From: Chitinophagaceae bacterium
GTDB taxonomy: Bacteria; Bacteroidota; Bacteroidia; Chitinophagales; Chitinophagaceae
DNA length: 55,902 nucleotides
Direction: 5' to 3'
Assembly: GCA_025924755.1 (NCBI GenBank)
Contig: JAICHT010000001.1
Span: 1-55,902 of the forward strand
In this document: positions 9,481-19,042 of the stretch, in pieces
How the letters are laid out: each line of letters opens with the position of its first letter
How positions within the stretch are numbered: the first letter of the stretch is position 1
The notes under the pieces: model-generated
Databases searched by the model: none
The model's input: the letters and a program-made list of their open reading frames with translations, nothing else
Told to the model about the DNA's origin: nothing
Position numbers and translations under genes: made by a program

Positions 9481-12400
9481 TTGAACTATAAGTACTTCAA
9501 CCTTACTATTTTGCTTATAATATTGGTGCAGACCCTTTATGCCCAAGGCCCAGCCGCCGCTTTTAACTCGGATATTACCAGCGGTTGTTCGCCTATTATA
9601 GTAAACTTTAAGGATTTATCTACCGGCAACCCCACTTCTTGGTATTGGGATTTTGGTAATGGTGGTACCTCTACTTTGCAAAACCCCTCTACTACTTATT
9701 TAACGCCTGGTACACATACGGTAAAACTTGTAGTTACTAATGCTAACGGAAGCGATTCTGTTTCTAAAGAGGCATATATTAATGTAGTATCTCAGCCGAA
9801 TGTTAATTTCACCTCTGACAAAACCCTTGGGTGTGCTCCGGATAAAATACAATTTAAGGACGCTACTCCAACAGAACCTGGAACTAGCAACACGAGTTGG
9901 GCATGGGACTTTGGAGATGGCACCCAGTCTACTGACCAAAATCCTTCACATAACTATACTTCACCGGATAAATTTACTGTTACACTTAAAGTAACCAATA
10001 GCGCCGGGTGCTCTAAAGTAGTTTCAAAAGCCAATAGCATTGTTATCAACCCCGGTATTAATACAGCATTTAATAATTCAGATGCTGCAGTTTGCAATCC
10101 TCCGGCCAATATCAATTTTACTAATAACTCTACCGGGCCTGGTACTTTGAGCTATAACTGGATATTTGATAACGGCAGTACCTCTAATAGTAAAAACGTT
10201 ACGCATACCTATACATCGGCCGGCACCTTCCCGGTATCCTTGGTAGTAAGCAGCAACCTGGGTTGCATAGATACGCTTACAAAGAATATTGCTATCAGCA
10301 ACTCCAAAACAAATTTTATTGCTCCTATTACCTGTCAGCAGGCAAAAACACAACTAATAGACAGCTCCTCACCTACACCCGTAAGGAGGATATGGACGTT
10401 TCCTGATGGATCAACAGATACAGCAGCGAATCCATCCATTACTTTTCCAACTGCAGGCAGCTACCAGGTAAAGCTGGTTAATAATTTCGGCTCCTGCATG
10501 GATTCAATTACAAAAACGATTACAGTTTCGCCAAAGCCTACTTTTGACTTTACCGTTTCTGATTCCTCCAAATGCCAACCACCATTAACCACTAATTTTA
10601 GTACGGTTACCGGAGGCAATACCTATCAGTGGGACTTTGGTGATGGCAGCACTTCTTCAGATGCAAGTCCTCAACATACGTACAATGCGTTAGGTTCTTA
10701 TTCTGTAACCCTGATTGCAAACAGCAGCGCAGGTTGTGTAGATACCGTAACAAAAAATGACCTTATTAAAATTCAGAAGCCAAACGTTTCATTTAAAATA
10801 CCAATGCAGGGCGGTTGTCTTCCTTTTACCTTTGAGCCTTCTGCTGATATTACTACGTTAGATAAAGTAGTATCGTACCAGTGGGATTTTGGAGATGGCG
10901 GCACTTCTTCGGATCCAAATCCTCAACATACGTATAATAATATTGGAACGTATAAAGTCACACTTACTATTACCACCAGTTCCGGCTGTACACAAACAGA
11001 TTCTTTGCCACAACGTGTAAAAGTAGGCACTCAACCTAAAGCTGAATTTACAGCCAATCAAACCGATGTATGTGCCAGCACTGCTATCCAGTTCACCGAC
11101 AAATCTACACCCAGCGACAGTGTAGACTTCTGGATATGGAAATTTGGCGATGGTTCTATTTCTAACCAACAAAATCCTTCCCACGAGTTTTCAGATACCG
11201 GCTTACTTAATGTACAATTAGTTGCCTATAATAATGGTTGCGCAAGCAAGCCACTCAATAAGCCCAATTTTGTGCATATTAAACCTCCCATTTCTACATT
11301 CTCGTATCAACCCAATTGCAGCACTAAAACAGATTATACTTTTACCGATCATTCTATTGGAGCAAAAACCTGGCAGTGGGATTTTGGGGATGGCAGTCCT
11401 AAAGTAAACGCCACGAATCCCCCGGTACACAAATTTCCTGGGCTAGGCACCTATAATGTAACCCTTAATACTACAAATGGCGATTGTGCTTTTCAAATAG
11501 TAAGGACCGTTCGAATTTTTGATAAGACACCTGACTTTACAGCAGCGTCACCAGTAGGCTGTAAACCTTTTAATGCCCAACTTACTGCCTCTAGTCCCGA
11601 CGCCGGCTCTATTAAGCAATACAATTGGAATTTTGGTGACGGGCATACCGGCACAGGTGGCAGTAGTGCCAATGTGTATTTAAAACCCGGTAATTATACA
11701 GTGAAACTTACTACCACCGATACGTTTGGGTGTGTAGATACAAAAACAAAAAATCAATATATACGGGTTAATGGCCCTACGGCTAGTTTTAGTAGTATAA
11801 CGCATACTGGCTGTAAAGGGCTAAATGCCACTTTTGAAGATAAAAGTTCAACGGATAGTGTAAACGCTCTTGCAAGCTGGACCTGGAACTATGGAGATGG
11901 AACCAGTCAAACCTATACACAGCCGCCGTTTCAGCACGAGTACGATTCATTGGGAAATTTCACTGTTCTACTTACTGTAAAAGACGCTGCTGGCTGTACA
12001 GACTCCATTAGTAATACCAACTTTGTAAAAATATCACAACTGAAAGCAGATTGGGATGTTACAAGACAAACCTGCCCAAGTTCACCGGTTTCTTTTAAAA
12101 ACAATACATATAGTAATAATGGCTTTACAAGCTTATGGAATTTTGGCAACGGTGACAGCTCCCGTGTATCATCTGTAAATTATGCTTATAAAGATACGGG
12201 TACCTATACCGTTAAACTCACCGTTCGGGATACGCTGGGCTGCGAAGATTCGCTGGTACGGCCACAATATGTCCAGGTTTACCGGCCAGTAGCTGATTTT
12301 ACTGCCAACAATTTTATTTCTTACTGTATACCATTTGAAGCAAAGTTTACCAACACTTCTACCTATTATAACGGATGGTTGTGGGACTTGAGTACAGGTA

Positions 12401-13815
12401 CGTCTGGACAAAAAGATCCTATAAACTTTTATACCAACGCCGGGAAATACAATGTGAGACTTACGGTGTATAGTCCGGGTGGATGTATGGATACCGTTAC
12501 CAAACAGGTGCAGGTTTTTAACCTGTCTGATGCCAAATTCAAATATGCCCCCTTAAGTGGTTGCAGGCCTGTGCTTACCAGTTTTGAAGCCTTTGCTCCT
12601 ATAAATGCGCATTTTGTCTGGGACTTCCGTGATGGCAACGTGGTAGATACGACCGTTAATAAAATACAGCACCTTTACGCCGAACCGGGCAACTTTGTGC
12701 CAACTGTGATTTTAAATGCTGATTCAGGTGCTTGCGTAATACCGCTCGTTGGAGTAGATACAATCCACTCCTATGGTGCCAAAGCCAGGTTCAGTATTGA
12801 TAAAGCGCTTTTCTGCGATAGTGGTTCTGTACATTTAATGGATTCTACTTTTTCTAACGACGCTATTAGCAGCTATAACTGGAACTTTGGAGATGGTACT
12901 TCTTCTTCCGATCCTAAAGATTCTGTGCATTACTATAACAACCCCGGAACGTATGATGTTTTTTTAACCGTAAAAACAAAAGAAGGCTGCATAGATTCTC
13001 TACGAAGTCAGCCGATAAAAGTGGTGCAAAGTCCATTGATAGGTATACAGGGCGATTCTATTATTTGTATTAACGACCGGATGATTGAACATGGAATATT
13101 AAAGCGGTCCGACACATCCGCAGTAAAATGGGTATGGAACTTTCCAAACGGAAATGCGGCTATGGTGCAAGATCCGGCTAACCAGCAATATACTACGGCC
13201 GGAAGTTTTGTAATAACTACTGTTGCTACCAATAGCAGCGGGTGTACAGATACTACCACCAAAAACATCCTTGTCAACCCGTTGCCTGTAATTACCTTGC
13301 CACCTACCGTTACCAAACAAGTGGGACAGCCTGTTACATTGCCGGGCACCTATAGTTCTAATGTAATCAGTTACTCCTGGTCGCCGGATAGTACGCTCAG
13401 TTGCGCTGATTGTGCGCAACCGGTTGCCACGCCAAAATTCAATACTAAATACACGGTATCGGTTATTGATAGCAATGGTTGTAAAAACACAAGCGAAATA
13501 CAGGTAATCATTCTTTGTAAAAATTCTGATGTATTTGTTCCTAATACTTTTTCACCCAATGGTGATGGCAGCAATGATGTATTTTATGTGAGAGGCCGCG
13601 GCCTGGAAAGAGTAAAAACCTTAAGAGTGTTTAACCGTTGGGGCGAAGTGGTTTTTGAAAAGAAAGATTTTGGGGTGAATGATGCATCTGCCGGTTGGGA
13701 TGGCCGCTATAAGGGCAATCGTGCACAGGCGGATGTATATGTGTATCAAGTAGAAGTATATTGTGAAAATGGTGAAGTTTTAAGCTTTGCCGGAAACATT
13801 GCACTCATACAATAG
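9481..13815 (+). CDS. Large PKD-repeat protein with T9SS type-B (gliding-motility-associated) C-terminal domain
   Basis: TTG start, signal peptide, about 15 WxFGDG-type PKD repeats, C-terminus VFVPNTFSPNGDGSND...VFNRWGE...GWDG...VYVY. Confidence 0.93.
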   Translation: MNYKYFNLTILLIILVQTLYAQGPAAAFNSDITSGCSPIIVNFKDLSTGNPTSWYWDFGNGGTSTLQNPSTTYLTPGTHTVKLVVTNANGSDSVSKEAYINVVSQPNVNFTSDKTLGCAPDKIQFKDATPTEPGTSNTSWAWDFGDGTQSTDQNPSHNYTSPDKFTVTLKVTNSAGCSKVVSKANSIVINPGINTAFNNSDAAVCNPPANINFTNNSTGPGTLSYNWIFDNGSTSNSKNVTHTYTSAGTFPVSLVVSSNLGCIDTLTKNIAISNSKTNFIAPITCQQAKTQLIDSSSPTPVRRIWTFPDGSTDTAANPSITFPTAGSYQVKLVNNFGSCMDSITKTITVSPKPTFDFTVSDSSKCQPPLTTNFSTVTGGNTYQWDFGDGSTSSDASPQHTYNALGSYSVTLIANSSAGCVDTVTKNDLIKIQKPNVSFKIPMQGGCLPFTFEPSADITTLDKVVSYQWDFGDGGTSSDPNPQHTYNNIGTYKVTLTITTSSGCTQTDSLPQRVKVGTQPKAEFTANQTDVCASTAIQFTDKSTPSDSVDFWIWKFGDGSISNQQNPSHEFSDTGLLNVQLVAYNNGCASKPLNKPNFVHIKPPISTFSYQPNCSTKTDYTFTDHSIGAKTWQWDFGDGSPKVNATNPPVHKFPGLGTYNVTLNTTNGDCAFQIVRTVRIFDKTPDFTAASPVGCKPFNAQLTASSPDAGSIKQYNWNFGDGHTGTGGSSANVYLKPGNYTVKLTTTDTFGCVDTKTKNQYIRVNGPTASFSSITHTGCKGLNATFEDKSSTDSVNALASWTWNYGDGTSQTYTQPPFQHEYDSLGNFTVLLTVKDAAGCTDSISNTNFVKISQLKADWDVTRQTCPSSPVSFKNNTYSNNGFTSLWNFGNGDSSRVSSVNYAYKDTGTYTVKLTVRDTLGCEDSLVRPQYVQVYRPVADFTANNFISYCIPFEAKFTNTSTYYNGWLWDLSTGTSGQKDPINFYTNAGKYNVRLTVYSPGGCMDTVTKQVQVFNLSDAKFKYAPLSGCRPVLTSFEAFAPINAHFVWDFRDGNVVDTTVNKIQHLYAEPGNFVPTVILNADSGACVIPLVGVDTIHSYGAKARFSIDKALFCDSGSVHLMDSTFSNDAISSYNWNFGDGTSSSDPKDSVHYYNNPGTYDVFLTVKTKEGCIDSLRSQPIKVVQSPLIGIQGDSIICINDRMIEHGILKRSDTSAVKWVWNFPNGNAAMVQDPANQQYTTAGSFVITTVATNSSGCTDTTTKNILVNPLPVITLPPTVTKQVGQPVTLPGTYSSNVISYSWSPDSTLSCADCAQPVATPKFNTKYTVSVIDSNGCKNTSEIQVIILCKNSDVFVPNTFSPNGDGSNDVFYVRGRGLERVKTLRVFNRWGEVVFEKKDFGVNDASAGWDGRYKGNRAQADVYVYQVEVYCENGEVLSFAGNIALIQ

Positions 13816-13820
13816 TATTT

Positions 13821-14858
13821 ATGCAAAAAAGAATTTTACCAGCCTTAAAGCAACTGGTGCTGTTAACCGGCATCAGTATGATTTTAATATGCAGTGCAGC
13901 AGCGCAAGACATCCATTTTTCACAATTTTACGAAGCACCTCTACTTCGCAATCCATCATTAGCCGGAATCTTTACGGGCAATGTCCGTGTTCAGGCAGTA
14001 TATAGAGATCAATGGACCAGCGTTACCAATGCATATAAAACCGGCTCCTTAAATGCTGAATATAAAATGCATGTGGGCAAAAGCAATGATTTTTTAACTG
14101 CGGCTATACAACTATTGTATGATAGGGCCGGCACTATATCTTGGGTTTCCACGCATGTGCTGCCAGCTATCAATTACCACAAATCTTTAAGCAACGAAAA
14201 AAACAGGTACTTATCCCTCGGCTTTATGGGCGGCTTGGTGCAGCGCCACTTCGACCGCACTAAAATGACTACGAACAGTCAGTATGACGGCATGGGAGAT
14301 GGTGAAAATTTTCCATCACCCCAATACAGTTACTTTGACGCAGCAGTAGGTATGAGCTATAATACCCAGCTAAACGATAACCCGGATAATAATATGTTTG
14401 TAGGTGTGGCCTACCACCATTTCAACCACCCAAAAAATTCTTTTTACCGGGATCAATCGGCGGAAGTAAATCCAAAACTTGTGGCGTCTGCCGGTTTCCG
14501 GTTTTCGGTAACGGAGGCCAGCTATTTTACAGTGTTGGCCGATTACTCCACACAAGCCCAGTTCCAGGAAATTATGGCTGGTGCCTTATATGGTATTAAG
14601 CTGGGAGAAGATTTGGATAAGCCCTTGTACACAGTGCACGGCGGCGCTTTTTTACGTTGGAATGATGCCTTTGTGCCCGTAATAAAATTGGATTACCAAC
14701 CTTTCTCCGTTTCATTCAGCTATGATATTAATATATCTAAACTAAAAACATCCAGCTATGGCCGTGGCGGATTTGAACTGGGTATTACCTACGCCGGATT
14801 TAACAGCCTGGATAAAGATAATCCCGATTTGTATAAGCTTCGCTGCCCCCGGTTTTAA
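13821..14858 (+). CDS. PorP/SprF family T9SS membrane protein
   Basis: QDIHFSQF..PLLRNPSLAG, YRDQW, SYD, GGFE, terminal CPRF; 5 bp downstream of the type-B CTD cargo gene. Confidence 0.92.
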   Translation: MQKRILPALKQLVLLTGISMILICSAAAQDIHFSQFYEAPLLRNPSLAGIFTGNVRVQAVYRDQWTSVTNAYKTGSLNAEYKMHVGKSNDFLTAAIQLLYDRAGTISWVSTHVLPAINYHKSLSNEKNRYLSLGFMGGLVQRHFDRTKMTTNSQYDGMGDGENFPSPQYSYFDAAVGMSYNTQLNDNPDNNMFVGVAYHHFNHPKNSFYRDQSAEVNPKLVASAGFRFSVTEASYFTVLADYSTQAQFQEIMAGALYGIKLGEDLDKPLYTVHGGAFLRWNDAFVPVIKLDYQPFSVSFSYDINISKLKTSSYGRGGFELGITYAGFNSLDKDNPDLYKLRCPRF

Positions 14859-14968
14859 AAGCATTTGCTAATAGCGGAAGACAAAAATAAAATTTGTAAG
14901 AAGGCAGTATGCCTTCAACTTCCTTACGGCTTATTTGTTGCATACTCTTTACCAACTTACTAATAAAT

Positions 14969-15439
14969 ATGCAATTGCAACCAGGAAGCCCCGCACCCGA
15001 TTTTACATTATACAATACAGAAAAAGAAAAGGTAACGCTGTCAGAACAGCAGGGATCTAATGTATTGCTGCTCTTTTTCCCTTTAGCATTTACTTCAGTT
15101 TGTACCGCGGAGTTGTGTTCGGTTAGAGACACTTTGAAAAAGTACGAGAGCCTGCAGGCAAAAGTTTTGGGTATTTCTGTGGACTCTTTGTATACATTGG
15201 GAAAATTTAAAGAAGCAGAACATCTTAACTTTCCATTATTAAGCGATTTTAATAAAGAAGTTTCCAAGCATTATGGATGCTTTTATGATATGTTTTCTTA
15301 CGGTATGGAAGGTGTATCTAAGAGAGCGGCCTTTCTTATAGATAAAGAAGGAACTTTAAGATATACAGAAGTTTTGGAAAACGCCGGAAACCAACCCGAC
15401 TTCAATGCCATAGAAAAAATATTACAAACACTTCCTTAA
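14969..15439 (+). CDS. Peroxiredoxin (AhpE/Bcp-like)
   Basis: APDFTL, FFPLAFTSVCTAELC peroxidatic motif, GISVDS, FPLLSD; ATG at 14969 preferred over ORF-track start. Confidence 0.88.
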   Translation: MQLQPGSPAPDFTLYNTEKEKVTLSEQQGSNVLLLFFPLAFTSVCTAELCSVRDTLKKYESLQAKVLGISVDSLYTLGKFKEAEHLNFPLLSDFNKEVSKHYGCFYDMFSYGMEGVSKRAAFLIDKEGTLRYTEVLENAGNQPDFNAIEKILQTLP

Positions 15440-15519
15440 AACAAATGCATTTCGGCAAAAACTTTGCTTTTTATTTAATAAATTTATATATTGGTCAAAA
15501 TAAAATTAAATTTGTTTCG

Positions 15520-15855
15520 TTGAAGAAAATTTTACCCATACTATTCATCATATTGTCCGCCTCTTTCTGTTCCGAAGGGCAATCGCGTTCTTCATCTATA
15601 CCGGGTGACGGCATTGTACGTTTTTACCCAAACCCCGCTATTTCATCTATCACTTTCGATTTGCCCAAAGGTTATGAAAAAAATTATTCACTGGAAGTTT
15701 TTAGCTTTCTAGGCAGAAAGGTATATGAAGCCATAAACGTGAATCCACACACAACTGTTGATTTAACGGATTTTATCCGCGGCGTCTATATCTACCAGCT
15801 TCGCGACAAAAGCGGCAAAATGGTAGAATCGGGGAAATTCCAGGTATCTAAATAA
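15520..15855 (+). CDS. Small protein: signal peptide plus T9SS type-A CTD
   Basis: TTG start KKILPILFIILSASF signal peptide, then FYPNP...VFSFLGRKV...GVYIYQL...GKFQVSK. Confidence 0.75.
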   Translation: MKKILPILFIILSASFCSEGQSRSSSIPGDGIVRFYPNPAISSITFDLPKGYEKNYSLEVFSFLGRKVYEAINVNPHTTVDLTDFIRGVYIYQLRDKSGKMVESGKFQVSK

Positions 15856-15860
15856 CATAG

Positions 15861-17033
15861 CTATATTACTTCTGCAATCAGGAACTTGAGGTATTGTGTA
15901 TTTTCCATTCCCCATATAATAGGATGATCAGCTGATTGCGATTGGTAGGTAACCTGCCGCAATTTTCTACGGGCGTCTTTTGCTGCACTGTCTATTATCT
16001 GTAAAAACATTTCACTATGCACCAGATTGGTGCAGGAAGATGTTACAAGAAAGCCGCCCGGTTTTATCAACTTCATCCCTCTTAAATTAATTTCTTTATA
16101 ACCTGCAATTGCTTTATCTATGTTGGCCCTGCTTTTAGTAAATGAGGGAGGATCCAGCATTACCACATCATACCGCTTGCCTTCGCTGCTCCATTGTTTT
16201 AATGCATCAAATGCATTTGCCGCTTCAAAGTGCACTATATGATCCAACTTATTTAATACCGCATTTTTATTGGCCTGCGCCACGGCATTTTCAGAAATGT
16301 CCAATCCCAGTACGCTTTTAGCACCATAATGTGCTGCATGAATTTCAAAAGTGCCGGTATAAGTAAAAGCACCCAGTACATCAGCTCCTTTTACTATATT
16401 ACAGATAGCTTTACGGTTGTCCTGCTGGTCTAAAAAATACCCGGTTTTTTGCCCGTTCTTTAAATCTACATGAAACTTCAGGCCATTTTCATTAATGATG
16501 ATATTCGTATCAAAAGGAGCTGATAAAAATTCTTTTTGTTGTAGCAGACCTTCCAGTTCTCTTACCGGCACATCGTTCCTTTCGTAAATACCCTTCGGAT
16601 TAAAAATAACTTTCAAAGCGTTTACAATAGCCGGCTTCCAGAAATCAATACCCAAAGCCAGGGTTTGAATAACAAAATAATCATTAAACTTATCAATGAT
16701 CAACTGCGGCAGATCGTCGGCTTCGCCAAAAACCAAACGGCAGTTCTCAGTATACCCAAGTTGCCGCCGGTACTGCCAGCATTGCCGTATCTTATTTTCA
16801 AAAAAAGTATCATCAATCAACGCTTTTTTATCGCGGGTCAGCAAGCGAACCATTATCTGCGACTGCTGGTTAATATAACCCCTGCCCGCAAATTTTCCAT
16901 CTGCAAAAAAAATATCTACGATACTGCCCGGATCAGGATCGCCTTCTATCTTCTCTACCTCATTGGCAAAAATCCAGGGATGCCCGTTGGCTATTCTATT
17001 GGCAATCTTCCTTTTTAAATGAACTTTTTTCAT
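15861..17033 (-). CDS. rlmI: PUA-domain class I SAM rRNA methyltransferase, RlmI family
   Basis: GHPWIFANE, GQKTGYFLDQ, YTGTF, LDPPSF, TSSC. Confidence 0.82.
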   Translation of the reverse strand: MKKVHLKRKIANRIANGHPWIFANEVEKIEGDPDPGSIVDIFFADGKFAGRGYINQQSQIMVRLLTRDKKALIDDTFFENKIRQCWQYRRQLGYTENCRLVFGEADDLPQLIIDKFNDYFVIQTLALGIDFWKPAIVNALKVIFNPKGIYERNDVPVRELEGLLQQKEFLSAPFDTNIIINENGLKFHVDLKNGQKTGYFLDQQDNRKAICNIVKGADVLGAFTYTGTFEIHAAHYGAKSVLGLDISENAVAQANKNAVLNKLDHIVHFEAANAFDALKQWSSEGKRYDVVMLDPPSFTKSRANIDKAIAGYKEINLRGMKLIKPGGFLVTSSCTNLVHSEMFLQIIDSAAKDARRKLRQVTYQSQSADHPIIWGMENTQYLKFLIAEVI

Positions 17034-17086
17034 AAAAGCCTGCAAACTACTCAAATTATGACAAGGCCATTCGTTAAAAAATTAGT

Positions 17087-17145
17087 CAGGTAAGACATTT
17101 TGTCTTCCTGTTAGCATTGGCAATATTATTGACGACGTACCTTTG
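17087..17145 (+). promoter_or_regulatory. grpE-dnaJ control region: palindrome, sigma54-like motif and -7 element
   Basis: CAGG-T-AAGACA-TTT-TGTCTT-CCTG (17087-17110); TTGGCA-N6-TTGA (17117-17132, GG-N10-GA); TACCTTTG (17138-17145). Confidence 0.5.
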
Positions 17146-17167
17146 CACACAATTTTTAAGTTTTAAT

Positions 17168-17734
17168 ATGAAACCACAGGATATATTCGATAACGATTCA
17201 TTGCAGCCCGAAAACTCAGACGTTGATATTAATACGGATGAAAACATAAGCGGGAATACGCATTTAAATGATCCGGTCGTGGAAGAATCAGAACTGGAAA
17301 GTTTAAAAGATGAAATTGACAATTTAAATGATAAATACCTGCGCCAGGCAGCCGAGTTTGATAACTATAGACGCCGTACTGCTAAAGAGGCGAACGAGTT
17401 AAGACAAACCGCCGGACGGGAAGTAATTGCAGACCTGCTGGACGTTTTGGATGACAGTGAACGGGCTCAAAAGCAATTAGAGACTACCGATGATATCAAA
17501 CAAATTCGCGAAGGGGTACAACTGGTATTTAACAAATTGCGGAGCACACTAATAAGCAAAGGCCTACGGCCCATGGAATCAATCAATAAAAATTTTAACC
17601 CCGACTTGCAGGAAGCTATTACCGAAATTGATGCAGGAGCGGATATGAAAGGTAAAGTAGTAGCAGAAGTTCAAAAGGGATATTACTTAAACGATAAGAT
17701 TATACGTTTTGCAAAAGTGGTAGTGGGTAAATAG
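17168..17734 (+). CDS. grpE: Nucleotide exchange factor GrpE
   Basis: DKYLRQAAEFDNYRRR, FNPDLQEAI, KGYYLNDKIIRFAKVVV. Confidence 0.96.
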   Translation: MKPQDIFDNDSLQPENSDVDINTDENISGNTHLNDPVVEESELESLKDEIDNLNDKYLRQAAEFDNYRRRTAKEANELRQTAGREVIADLLDVLDDSERAQKQLETTDDIKQIREGVQLVFNKLRSTLISKGLRPMESINKNFNPDLQEAITEIDAGADMKGKVVAEVQKGYYLNDKIIRFAKVVVGK

Positions 17735-17881
17735 TTTGAAGGGTTGGTAAAACCCTGTAAAACTTCTATTTGTAAAGAATGCCAATATTGCTGTTTAGCA
17801 ATTATCGGCAAATAGAAAAAAGTTGAGCAAAGCTGGAACATTACGGCTATAAATTACAAGCTACTGATATAGTACAAGAAA

Positions 17882-19042
17882 ATGACTAAAAGAGATTATT
17901 ACGAGATACTAGGAATATCAAAGACTTCCTCTGCAGATGAAATTAAAAAATCATATCGCAAGGTAGCCATGCAATATCACCCGGACAGAAACCCCGGGGA
18001 TAAAGCAGCAGAAGAAAAATTTAAAGAGGCTGCTGAAGCCTATGAAATATTGAGTGATGCTGATAAAAGAGCACAATACGACCGCTTTGGACACGCCGGA
18101 GTAAGAGGTAATGGACGCGGACCACAGGGCGGACCTAATATGGAAGATATCTTTAGCCAGTTTGGAGATATTTTTGGCGAAGATATTTTTGGAAGCTTTT
18201 TTGGTGGCGGACAATCAAGAGGTGGCCAGGGCACACAAAGAAGTCGCGGTACTCGTGGTAGCAATCTGCGCATCAAATTAAAACTTACTTACGAAGAAAT
18301 TGCAAAGGGTGTTAATAAGAGCATTAAGGTAAAAAAGTATGTTTCCTGTAATGTGTGCGGGGGCAGCGGTGCCAAAGATAAAGGCAGCGTACAAACCTGC
18401 GCTACCTGTGGTGGCAGTGGCCAGGTGCGCAAAGTAACTAATACTTTTTTGGGCCAGATGCAAACCGTGACCACCTGCCCTACTTGCGGTGGAGAAGGTT
18501 CTACCATCACTGCTAAGTGTGGCAATTGTAAAGGAGAAGGCAGGATGTATGGCGAAGAAACGGTTACTATTGATGTGCCGGCCGGAGTACAGGAAGGCAT
18601 GCAATTAAATATCAGTGGCAAGGGTAATGCAGGCGAAAGAGGTGGTATGCCCGGCGATCTGATTATTTTAATTGAAGAAGAACAACACAAAGAGTTACAA
18701 CGCGACGGCTTAAATGTAATTCACGATTTACATATATCATTTCCGGATGCTGTGTTTGGAACGCAGGTAGAAGTGCCTACTATTGACGGACGAGCAAAAA
18801 TTAAAATTCCGGCAGGTACGCAAAGCGGAAAAATATTCCGTTTAAAAGGAAAAGGTTTTCCCGCAGTTAACAGCTACGAAAAAGGCGATCAGCTGGTGCA
18901 TGTTAATATATGGACGCCGCAAAATCTATCCGGTGATGAAAAAGCAGCCTTGGAACGTTTAAGCTATTCTAATAATTTTAAACCAAGCCCCGATAAGAAT
19001 CAACGTACTTTTTTTGATAAAATGAAAGAGATGTTCTCTTAA
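17882..19042 (+). CDS. dnaJ: Chaperone DnaJ
   Basis: J-domain with HPD, G/F region, four CxxCxGxG zinc-finger repeats. Confidence 0.98.
   Translation: MTKRDYYEILGISKTSSADEIKKSYRKVAMQYHPDRNPGDKAAEEKFKEAAEAYEILSDADKRAQYDRFGHAGVRGNGRGPQGGPNMEDIFSQFGDIFGEDIFGSFFGGGQSRGGQGTQRSRGTRGSNLRIKLKLTYEEIAKGVNKSIKVKKYVSCNVCGGSGAKDKGSVQTCATCGGSGQVRKVTNTFLGQMQTVTTCPTCGGEGSTITAKCGNCKGEGRMYGEETVTIDVPAGVQEGMQLNISGKGNAGERGGMPGDLIILIEEEQHKELQRDGLNVIHDLHISFPDAVFGTQVEVPTIDGRAKIKIPAGTQSGKIFRLKGKGFPAVNSYEKGDQLVHVNIWTPQNLSGDEKAALERLSYSNNFKPSPDKNQRTFFDKMKEMFS

Noticed and set aside
14896-14927. Small hairpin GAAGGCA-GTA-TGCCTTC between the porP-like and peroxiredoxin genes
   Set aside because: Short stem with no U-tract; no function can be supported.
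17111-17137. TTAGCA before grpE resembling a CIRCE left arm
   Set aside because: No GAGTGCTAA right arm at 9-nt spacing, so not a CIRCE.
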